From a virus, in IMG/VR virus record IMGVR_UViG_3300029319_000016, positions 1 to 64,000 of that record: a stretch of 64,000 nucleotides of DNA; one strand, 5' to 3'. This document shows, piece after piece, positions 56,139-64,000 of this stretch (positions are counted from its first letter, which is position 1; each line of letters opens with the position of its first letter). The translations under genes were made by a program, and so were the position numbers. The notes beneath the pieces were generated by a model. It did no database searches, had not been told where the DNA came from, and saw only the letters and a program-made list of their open reading frames with translations.

Positions 56139-57558
56139 CGCTTCTCACTTTAAAGTTGAATTTATAAGATTGCTCGTTCCATGATCCAACCCCATCGTCA
56201 TAAAATGCAAATTTTATGGTATACATTTGATCTGCTTCAAATAGCGACATGTCTAGATCAAAGTAGTTACCAGAAACGTTATAAGATAACATAGTGTGGT
56301 TATCAGATCCGGTTCCAAAAGGTATTACTGGGAAATTATCAGATGCTCTGCATACTTCGTATGAAGCACTAGAAATAGTAGTTGTTTCTGGTGTATTTTT
56401 AGCTACTGTATAAATATTTGGTGACCAATTTCTAGGACGAGCATATAGTTTAAATCTAGCAGTTTCGTTTGTTCCATAATACTCTCTTAAATTAGAAATG
56501 TTGAGAACATAACGGTCTGATGGGTTGTAAATTCCAGTAGAAAAGGTGTTAACTGTTATCGAACCTGTTCGATATTCAACTCCTCCGGAGTGCCAAACGT
56601 CTACAAGCGATGTACTTGTTGTTGATGCGGTAACTTGACATTTATAAATTCCTGTTTTTACATGAGAACCAGTAAAATTGTGACCAACTTTTGAACCACC
56701 GGCAGAATCGTATAGAGTAACAAGAATAGGGTTTGTGCCAACAGCAGGTATGTCTCTTAAGCGCCCTCTAATGCTATTGTACAGGTATAAAGTGTTATAG
56801 TTATCAGGACCAGGGGCAAGAGAAGAAGACGCGAAAAAATAGGCTCTATCGTCCTTTATTGAGTTGTCCCATCTAGCTTCCAAAACTGGTCTCTTTAATT
56901 TGAATTCTGAGCTTCTTGCGAAGAATTTTTTTGTATAATAAGATTTTTTCTCTGCTTCAAAAGCATCTGTTAATCTTATTCCAAAACCATAATTTTCTTT
57001 TGTACCAGCTAGCCACTCTTCTACTAAAGGTGTGACATCGACTTCCAGATCTTCGTAACCCTCAACAAAGTTGTAATTAAACTTTGGACCAGAATGGTAA
57101 ACACCACCAGTAACATTCCATTCACCCATAGAACCTCTACGAACCCAATTAGATCCAGTTAAGCCATAAGTTTTATCTGTATAGTTGACCATGTCTAAGC
57201 CATTTCCTTCTTCCCATGATTGAGACACAGCTGAAATGGTCATTGAGTAATTTTCTGGTAATGTGGTTGCATGTCTGGCGTTGTATAACTTAAGATAAAA
57301 CGAAACAGAACCAGATGCTGGTATAGTTCCAGCTGATCTTTGAGTAGAGATCTCAGTAGTATTAAATTGTATGAGGACTCTGGCCAGTTCTGAAGACAGT
57401 CCTGCCGAAGATGAGTTTTGACCATATAGTTGAAAAACTTCAAGTATATCAGCCTCTCCCATGTTTGATCCTGTTGCTCTGTTGGAAGACAATAGAGATT
57501 GATCAAAAGCGTTGGAAATTGTATTATCTGCTGTTGCAAAGTATCTTTTTATAGTCAT
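56128..57558 (-). CDS. Virion structural protein (DNRLRE-like domain)
   Basis: Motifs ADNTI...ARVLIQF...SWEEGNG...DVTPLVEEWLAG...NYGFGI...RPVLEARWD. Confidence 0.6.
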   Translation of the reverse strand: MTIKRYFATADNTISNAFDQSLLSSNRATGSNMGEADILEVFQLYGQNSSSAGLSSELARVLIQFNTTEISTQRSAGTIPASGSVSFYLKLYNARHATTLPENYSMTISAVSQSWEEGNGLDMVNYTDKTYGLTGSNWVRRGSMGEWNVTGGVYHSGPKFNYNFVEGYEDLEVDVTPLVEEWLAGTKENYGFGIRLTDAFEAEKKSYYTKKFFARSSEFKLKRPVLEARWDNSIKDDRAYFFASSSLAPGPDNYNTLYLYNSIRGRLRDIPAVGTNPILVTLYDSAGGSKVGHNFTGSHVKTGIYKCQVTASTTSTSLVDVWHSGGVEYRTGSITVNTFSTGIYNPSDRYVLNISNLREYYGTNETARFKLYARPRNWSPNIYTVAKNTPETTTISSASYEVCRASDNFPVIPFGTGSDNHTMLSYNVSGNYFDLDMSLFEADQMYTIKFAFYDDGVGSWNEQSYKFNFKVRSDVY

Positions 57559-59363
57559 TATGTAGCTCTTCCTGTAATATCGTCATCTGGGTATTTTAAT
57601 TCAAAAACAACATTTTTTGGTGCTTTATAGTAAGTTGCATCATTGCTTAAAATTTCTGCCATTACAAAAGGTATTGAAGAATAACCAGAGCCATCATTAG
57701 ATGATTTGTTGTTAACCTTTACCTCAATTACATCTATCACACCTTCTGTTTTTGATAATATGTTATAAATGTCATTTATGTAAAGAGGTTCTCCAATATA
57801 AAATATTTCGGTATAATTATCCTTTAGTCTTTGAATTGCATCTGCTAGTACCATAGTTGTATCATATCTATTGTCTGTTTTTACTGCAAAGTCAATAGAA
57901 AAATTAATTATTTTAGCATGTTTAATTTTAATTATGTCGTTTATAGAACTGTATTGTTCTAGCCATGTTTTTAGATTACTGGCTGTTATTGAGTTTGTAG
58001 GCACAAGATGTCCTAACTCGTTTTGAGAAATAACATACATTACTAACTCTTTGTTTGTTGCAAATGGGTTATTTATTATGTTAACTCTCTTCAAGGAGCC
58101 AAATTTATTTGGCATGTTATATGCAATAGCTTCGTAGTCTTGCTTTGTAACTGCTCTGTTTTGAGTTGCGAAAAAGTTTTTAGACCTTACTTTCAACTCA
58201 TCTGTTGTTACGGTAAAACTAGGAGAAGTAAAAGACTTTTCGTTACTACATTCTAAAGATGTCTCAACTGCTTCAACTTTTGAATCAACCAAGCTTTGCC
58301 TGTTCATAAACTTAAAAATTGAATTATCAATGTTTCTTATTGTATTAACAGCAGCAGCTGGGTTAGCAGATACATTTTTCTTATATGTAACAGTTAGTAT
58401 TGTTCCTTGGGGAGAAATACCAAGCTTATCAGTAGCTAGTAATTTTGTTGGATCTATTGCTCTGTGGGTAATGTGATCTTTTGCATGCAAACTTATTGCA
58501 ACTTTTGAAGGATCAACAAGACCAGCATCGTCATCATCATCAGAACCAAAACCAAATTGTAAAAAAGTACCGGAATTATCTTGAAAAACTGTAAACCTTC
58601 GAGCCGTAACAAATGGTTTCATTATGGACCTAACGCCATCTGACATTGCACTTTGATTTGTTGTTTCGATAAATACAGTTTCTTGACTTAAATAATCTAC
58701 CTCGTAAAAAATGTTTCCCTCTGAATCTTCAACTTTTATTATTTCACTTACATTTCCATTATCAACTCTTACTTTTTTAAATTTTTCAAATGTATCACCG
58801 GTTAAATCAATTGTTGCAACATAAACCTTACCGGAACTTACCATACCAAAAGCTCGAACAGCAAAGAATGTTGTTCCACCATTTACATCAAACTCTATTG
58901 CTACTCTATCAAACTGGGGATCTGAGAAGTTAACATCTTCCAATAAGGTGTATACAGTGCCATTACTAGAAGAAAATTCTGATCCTTTTTTCAATATGGG
59001 AAAATAAAGAGAATCTGGTGTATTAACTTCAGCTGATGCTGGTATTCTTAGGTAAAAAGCCAAAATTCCTTCAGCAACTGGAATTCCTGCGAACTTATAT
59101 CCTAAATTCTTAGCATGTTTTTTTACATTATTAAATTCAATAGCTGTGTCTAGAAAACTTTCATTTACAGAATAATCTAGATAGTAAGATAGGACATCCC
59201 CAACGTATGCCACAGTATCAAACATAAGAGACCCAAAGGAGGATTCTGAGAAATCATTATAATCGTCTGGATAGTATCTCTTTGCATGTTCTATTAAATC
59301 TTTTTTTATTGATTCAAAATCTCTACTAGTGTATTTTATTGGTATGTTTTTTGATTTCGGCAT
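57558..59363 (-). CDS. gp6: Baseplate wedge protein (T4 gp6-like)
   Basis: Motifs YTSRDFESIKKDL, YNDFSESSFG, AYVGDVLSYYLD, ESFLDTA and QNRAVTKQDY. CTATTTA at 59384-59390. Confidence 0.9.
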   Translation of the reverse strand: MPKSKNIPIKYTSRDFESIKKDLIEHAKRYYPDDYNDFSESSFGSLMFDTVAYVGDVLSYYLDYSVNESFLDTAIEFNNVKKHAKNLGYKFAGIPVAEGILAFYLRIPASAEVNTPDSLYFPILKKGSEFSSSNGTVYTLLEDVNFSDPQFDRVAIEFDVNGGTTFFAVRAFGMVSSGKVYVATIDLTGDTFEKFKKVRVDNGNVSEIIKVEDSEGNIFYEVDYLSQETVFIETTNQSAMSDGVRSIMKPFVTARRFTVFQDNSGTFLQFGFGSDDDDDAGLVDPSKVAISLHAKDHITHRAIDPTKLLATDKLGISPQGTILTVTYKKNVSANPAAAVNTIRNIDNSIFKFMNRQSLVDSKVEAVETSLECSNEKSFTSPSFTVTTDELKVRSKNFFATQNRAVTKQDYEAIAYNMPNKFGSLKRVNIINNPFATNKELVMYVISQNELGHLVPTNSITASNLKTWLEQYSSINDIIKIKHAKIINFSIDFAVKTDNRYDTTMVLADAIQRLKDNYTEIFYIGEPLYINDIYNILSKTEGVIDVIEVKVNNKSSNDGSGYSSIPFVMAEILSNDATYYKAPKNVVFELKYPDDDITGRAT

Positions 59364-59406
59364 CGCATGTCCCTCTTACTAAATAAATAGCAAAACACAA
59401 ATTATT

Positions 59407-59826
59407 TTATAACTCATCAGCAGAAATGGACAATGAAAAGGTGTCTACTATTAATGGGTTGTTAATTTTGTATTTTATTTCTACATGCAAAGAGTCTCTG
59501 GCATTGTTTATGGTTACTTTTACATTGAACTTATTTAACCAAGGCAAATATCTACTTATTTGTTTTTTTATAACCTCTCTTAATAAAGAAACTTTTTTTG
59601 AATTAGACAATTCAAACAAATAAGTCTTTAAACCAACGCCAAAATTTTTATCGAACCTTTCCCCAGGTATAGTTAGCAAAACAGACTTTAAATTATGATT
59701 TATAACTTTTGTCATCTCTTTTTCATTTAAAGTTTTAAATCCTGGATTATCGCTATCTAGACTTAGTGGAATTTCAACAGTTATATCTTTTGTTATTGAA
59801 TTATTAAAAAATTTATCACTTGACAT
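59407..59826 (-). CDS. gp25: Baseplate wedge protein (T4 gp25-like)
   Basis: Motif NLKSVLLTIPGERFDKNFGVGLKTYLFE...ISRYLPW; adjacent to gp6. Confidence 0.85.
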   Translation of the reverse strand: MSSDKFFNNSITKDITVEIPLSLDSDNPGFKTLNEKEMTKVINHNLKSVLLTIPGERFDKNFGVGLKTYLFELSNSKKVSLLREVIKKQISRYLPWLNKFNVKVTINNARDSLHVEIKYKINNPLIVDTFSLSISADEL

Positions 59827-59840
59827 TATTTATCTCCTTG

Positions 59841-62800
59841 TTAGAAAAATCTTTTGAGGGGAGCTGAAGCGGCTCCAGAAATCATTTCTTCAACCACACT
59901 TTCAGAAATTTCTTCATTTATAGGAGCAGTTGCAGTGCCACCTTGATTACTACTTTCTGATCCGCTGGATGGATCTGGGATTACTTCACACAGGTCAGGT
60001 AAAACATAAGTTGTATAAGGAGTTTGAGATCCATCTACTATATTGTAGGAAGATCTTGAAAAACCTTCTTGTTCGGGATTGTTACTATTTAAAGTATTAT
60101 CAGGTGTTGATTGGTTTAAAGTTCCTAACGCACCATCGGTACAATACTGATCGTATTTATTGAAAGGTCTTTCTCCAAATTTTATTTTTCTTCTTTGCCA
60201 CCAACTTAAAGATCCAAAATCTAAATTAATATTAATGTCAGGTATGTTAAGTTTTAACCATTCCCATGAATGCTTTCTTCTATTTCCTTTTAATCTATCT
60301 AATTCTCGAGATCTATAGAAAGTACTAAAAGTATTTCTTAGTTCTTTTCGGGTATGACTCATTACTTTTTCTTTCCACTCTTCATCTTCGTCATCAACCC
60401 CCTCATACCTTTCGCCATCACCTTTTCCAACAGATCTCAAATAGCCATCAAATGCTGAAATGGAGCTTGCAGCTGTCACTCTTTTTATAGGCAAGCAAAA
60501 ATCTGTTAAGAATTTGAACTCTGGTTGTTCACACATTCTATCTATGTAACATTTTAAATCTTCACCTACATTTTCCCACATGCTTCTGTTCATTAAGAAT
60601 TCATACATCGTGTAATCAGGAAGATCTTGTTCGTAGTGAACTATTGGAATTGGATAAAAAGCCTTCTCAGGTACAATGTTGTTTCCTGGATTTGGAATCA
60701 TAATTCTATCAATTCGTTGTCTTTCTATTTCACTATATTGTTCTCTGTGTAGTACAAAATTTGAGTTAACAACATTAGAAATTATAGAGAGCCTAACTCC
60801 AAACTTTATACCTATTGTCCCAGAATAACCTCTTGGATCAGTATCATCTAATTCTGCATTTCCAAAAAAATCTGAGATACTAGTTGTATTATTTGCAGAA
60901 TAGTTTATTCCAGAGTTTCTCACTTCTTGTAGTCTTTCTTGAAACTCTTCTATAGAAATCATTTTATTGTTAATTGAGCCAAATTGAGTATTAAATGCAT
61001 CACCCGTAGCAGTATCACCCATTATGCTACCTTCCAATACAACACCATCTACCATTGTATAATTAACGTCTTTTACATCAGTAATGACATACTTTTCAAC
61101 AAAAAATGCAAAAGCAGGGTTTTCATATGAGACAAGATTATTTATTATTTCACGAGACTCTGGGGTATAAAAATTTAGGTCTTGTTGGGGTTTTCCAAAG
61201 TCATTAACATCTCCATATAGTTCAGCTGGTACTCCGCTTGTAAACCTCTCCACCTCAGTATCTCCAATTTTGTTTTTAGGTCCAATTGAAATATTAGAAC
61301 TTGAATTAAGAGCAAACTTATTTAGATTTGCAATCCTTGGAGCTCTTTTTGACCCAGATTCTATATCTTTCTTTTGTTGTTTTTTATGTTCTTTTAAATA
61401 AATTTCAACCTCATTCTTTATAAAATACATACTAATTTGTCTAGCTAAGGCATTGTTTCTATAAATTCTATAAACTTTATACAAAAGTTTTAATTTTGAC
61501 AAACCAATAATTGACGCATTAAATTTTTTAAAATTACCATTACATGCCACTTCTAGTGCTGATAGATAGTGCGGCCCTAAAGCAGAGAATAATACACTTT
61601 TAATTAAATTATGTAGATAAGTAACATAACTTTCTGGTAGCGATGACTCTACATCAACATCATCCTTATACCTAACTTCTAGATTAAATGCTTTATTGCT
61701 GCCATATCTATTTCCTTCTTCATCAAATTCTAAATTGTCATACTTTGATACATAAGTTCCCGATGTAATTCTGATTTCGGAAACTTTTCTTAACATTTGT
61801 AAGTCTGCAAAACTGGGTTGTCTAAAATTTTTTCTAACTTCAATTAATTGAGTAAAAAGTGCATCCAAATCATTATCTTTAATTATGTTTCCAAGTAAAA
61901 CTTCTCTTTCTGTTGATTGAACCATTTGTTCTAATACTAAATACCAATATTGTTCTCTATTGAACTTCATAAAAGTTAATTCATCAGGCTCTTCTTTTAT
62001 AGCTTTTAGCATTAAATTGTAAACCATCCCCGGTATAAAATTATCTACATTATCTTTAGATAGGAAAACTTTTTCAAAAACTGGTAAGCATTTTAAAAAT
62101 AGTTCAATTATGTAGGTTCTTACTATTAGTTTAGTTGAAACATGTAAATAAGCAAGGTCTGATTTACTAGCAATCAAATCAAAGGGTGGTTCCACAACAC
62201 AAGAAGGATCAGTATTATATCTTTTGTCTTGTTTTAGTTTGTTTTCTACTTTTCCAACTAATTCTGCCGCTTCGGACAAAAATAACATGTTTTGGTTTCT
62301 TGGTGAACAAGCGTCAATTTCTGGTACATATTTTTGAAAAACACCTAAAATACCACCATAATTAGCTGGTTTTATGTAAATTTTTGGATCTTCAGGATCA
62401 CCTCCATAGATTGTTGGATTTAAAAACACAACTCTTTCATTTTCTGTTGCTGATTTTCCCATTTGTCCAGGTGGTGGTTTTTGCCAAGTAGATCTCTTGT
62501 TTGGATTTGCATCTTCTTTAACATATAGAAGATCATCATAAGTTATAATTTCTTTTGGATCGTATCCGAAACTTCCAATACTACTGTAAGCGTCTTCAAC
62601 AACGTTCTTATCATAACCAAGTGAACTTGGGTCTCCCATTTTTTCTAATGTGTCAAGTATGTTTCTATTGATTATAGGGCTTCTATAGGAAGTTATTCCT
62701 TTTGGAAAGTTCTGCATTATAAGTTGACTAAAAGCCTCATGAAAATACCCTTGTATAACAGAAGTTGAAAAGTTGTCATTATCATTTATTCTAGTATTTG

Positions 62801-64000
62801 TTGGATTATAAATCGATAAAAAGTGTTCATCGTTTCCTGGTCTATATTCATTAATTCTATCTCTCAAAAACTTTCTTCCTGCATAAGCTTGAAGAGGTTC
62901 TGGTTTTGTTGTTGTAGTGTATCCATTTATACCACTATTTCCTAAATGTTCTGAGGCCCAGTTCTCTGTATATTTATCGTATAGTTCTTGATATTTGGAC
63001 ACATCTATTGGAACAGAAACTTTTATTACTTCTTTTTCATAAGTAATATTTCCAAACTGACCAGTGGGACCACTAGGGTTATAGCTCTCAGGTGGAGATT
63101 CGATTTGATTATAATAGTTCCCATCTTCATCAAACTCTTTTCCGTTATTTTCAACATATCCATCACTTTGCCAAATTGGTGTTGTTACTCTGTTTTCAAC
63201 AGACAAAGAAAGATAATAGTGAGGTCTTGTTATTGTTTCTGGTGCATCTTCATTGAGGTAATAATAATCAGAATAACCTAAAATTGATGTATAATTTATT
63301 TTTTCAATAAACATTTGAGTTTTAAAATCAGGTCGTTTAACAAAAGTTCTAGGAAAATCAAATGTAACCCGGCCCAAGTCTACTGCATCGAGATCCATTA
63401 TTGTTGTAGATGTTCCACCTGGATTATAATTAAAAGTTTTAAATTTTGACCTTACTGAGCTTTGGTTGCCAAAAAAAGCAGAACCAACAGTTACAGGAAA
63501 CAAGTTTGTTGGAGAGGGAAATTTTATTCTAAAAATTTGTAAAAATGATACTATAGGTCCAGAAATTAATAAATCAATTTTTCTTTTAATAAAGTTTCCT
63601 ATTTTTTTAAAAACTCTATTAATAACTCCAGAGCCTTCTCCCTCTATTGCATCGGCTTCATTATCATAAACTTCATTAACAGTGCTTCTAGTATCTACAT
63701 AAGATTGTGTTGCATGTGAAATTCTCATTAAAAGCTTCAAAGGAAACATAGCTCTTCGCCACTTGTTCTTATGTTCCTTCATACTGTTGTTGGCGTTTGG
63801 CCAAATGTATTTCATCTTAACTCGAGTTTGATGTGAGGGGTCAAAAATCCAACCCTTAATAAGTTTTTTACCATCCTTATCAGCCAAAAGATTATTGAAA
63901 AAACCCAATTGAGAAGTAGACATGTCGTTCAAATATGCTATTTCTAGGTTTTCAAAAATTGCACCTGATACGACATCATCCAAGTCTTTTAAGACTTGTG
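59841..64000 (-). CDS. Very large hypothetical protein; 5' end lies outside the window
   Basis: The reading frame stays open upstream of the TTG at 63983 to the window edge, so the protein is longer than 1380 aa. Confidence 0.7.
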   Translation of the reverse strand, partial: QVLKDLDDVVSGAIFENLEIAYLNDMSTSQLGFFNNLLADKDGKKLIKGWIFDPSHQTRVKMKYIWPNANNSMKEHKNKWRRAMFPLKLLMRISHATQSYVDTRSTVNEVYDNEADAIEGEGSGVINRVFKKIGNFIKRKIDLLISGPIVSFLQIFRIKFPSPTNLFPVTVGSAFFGNQSSVRSKFKTFNYNPGGTSTTIMDLDAVDLGRVTFDFPRTFVKRPDFKTQMFIEKINYTSILGYSDYYYLNEDAPETITRPHYYLSLSVENRVTTPIWQSDGYVENNGKEFDEDGNYYNQIESPPESYNPSGPTGQFGNITYEKEVIKVSVPIDVSKYQELYDKYTENWASEHLGNSGINGYTTTTKPEPLQAYAGRKFLRDRINEYRPGNDEHFLSIYNPTNTRINDNDNFSTSVIQGYFHEAFSQLIMQNFPKGITSYRSPIINRNILDTLEKMGDPSSLGYDKNVVEDAYSSIGSFGYDPKEIITYDDLLYVKEDANPNKRSTWQKPPPGQMGKSATENERVVFLNPTIYGGDPEDPKIYIKPANYGGILGVFQKYVPEIDACSPRNQNMLFLSEAAELVGKVENKLKQDKRYNTDPSCVVEPPFDLIASKSDLAYLHVSTKLIVRTYIIELFLKCLPVFEKVFLSKDNVDNFIPGMVYNLMLKAIKEEPDELTFMKFNREQYWYLVLEQMVQSTEREVLLGNIIKDNDLDALFTQLIEVRKNFRQPSFADLQMLRKVSEIRITSGTYVSKYDNLEFDEEGNRYGSNKAFNLEVRYKDDVDVESSLPESYVTYLHNLIKSVLFSALGPHYLSALEVACNGNFKKFNASIIGLSKLKLLYKVYRIYRNNALARQISMYFIKNEVEIYLKEHKKQQKKDIESGSKRAPRIANLNKFALNSSSNISIGPKNKIGDTEVERFTSGVPAELYGDVNDFGKPQQDLNFYTPESREIINNLVSYENPAFAFFVEKYVITDVKDVNYTMVDGVVLEGSIMGDTATGDAFNTQFGSINNKMISIEEFQERLQEVRNSGINYSANNTTSISDFFGNAELDDTDPRGYSGTIGIKFGVRLSIISNVVNSNFVLHREQYSEIERQRIDRIMIPNPGNNIVPEKAFYPIPIVHYEQDLPDYTMYEFLMNRSMWENVGEDLKCYIDRMCEQPEFKFLTDFCLPIKRVTAASSISAFDGYLRSVGKGDGERYEGVDDEDEEWKEKVMSHTRKELRNTFSTFYRSRELDRLKGNRRKHSWEWLKLNIPDININLDFGSLSWWQRRKIKFGERPFNKYDQYCTDGALGTLNQSTPDNTLNSNNPEQEGFSRSSYNIVDGSQTPYTTYVLPDLCEVIPDPSSGSESSNQGGTATAPINEEISESVVEEMISGAASAPLKRFF

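Noticed and set aside
63981-63998. Inverted repeat CAAGTCTT-TT-AAGACTTG at the window edge
   Set aside because: It lies inside an open reading frame, is AT-rich, and its context is truncated, so no function can be supported.
1-64000. Plus-strand ORFs in general (for example 4084-4611, 14277-14786, 38535-38993)
   Set aside because: They lie antisense to well-supported minus-strand genes and have no recognisable motifs.
1-64000. Genome-wide stop-codon reassignment, as seen in some large phages
   Set aside because: Core genes are full length in code 11, coding density is high, and TAA, TAG and TGA all end genes at sensible positions.
1-64000. tRNA, rRNA, introns or inteins
   Set aside because: No intergenic gap shows a cloverleaf. 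Terminase, primase and portal have uninterrupted frames and I saw no intein motifs. A covariance-model search was not run.

Overview
This window is 64 kb of an AT-rich, T4-like large or jumbo myophage genome. Every credible gene lies on the minus strand and reads in the standard genetic code. In transcription order (right to left) it holds: baseplate and tail genes (gp25-like, gp6-like, two proteins over 2000 aa with LamG-type domains), a RuvC-like resolvase, a primase, a fused Mre11/Rad50 (SbcD-SbcC), a possible holin/spanin group, large terminase, portal, prohead protease, a phage-encoded ribosomal protein bS21, several Ser/Thr/Gly-rich virion proteins, a scaffold, and the major capsid protein, which runs off the left edge and is missing from the ORF track. 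The main unexplained signal is a dispersed family of about 10 genes with unrelated bodies. These include a 2H phosphoesterase, a DEDDh exonuclease, a GNAT, a possible RNase and several orphans. They share one of two N-terminal leaders, MKITNKQLKQIIKEEL..L.E or MSNQMKLIMESWRKKVL.E, which mostly end in a gp21-type [IL]-x-E site. Several sit behind a recurring CTATTTA element and alternate with replication genes that have consensus sigma70 promoters. My inference is a modular capsid-targeting and cargo-delivery system. All family assignments come from reading motifs by eye; no database search was run.
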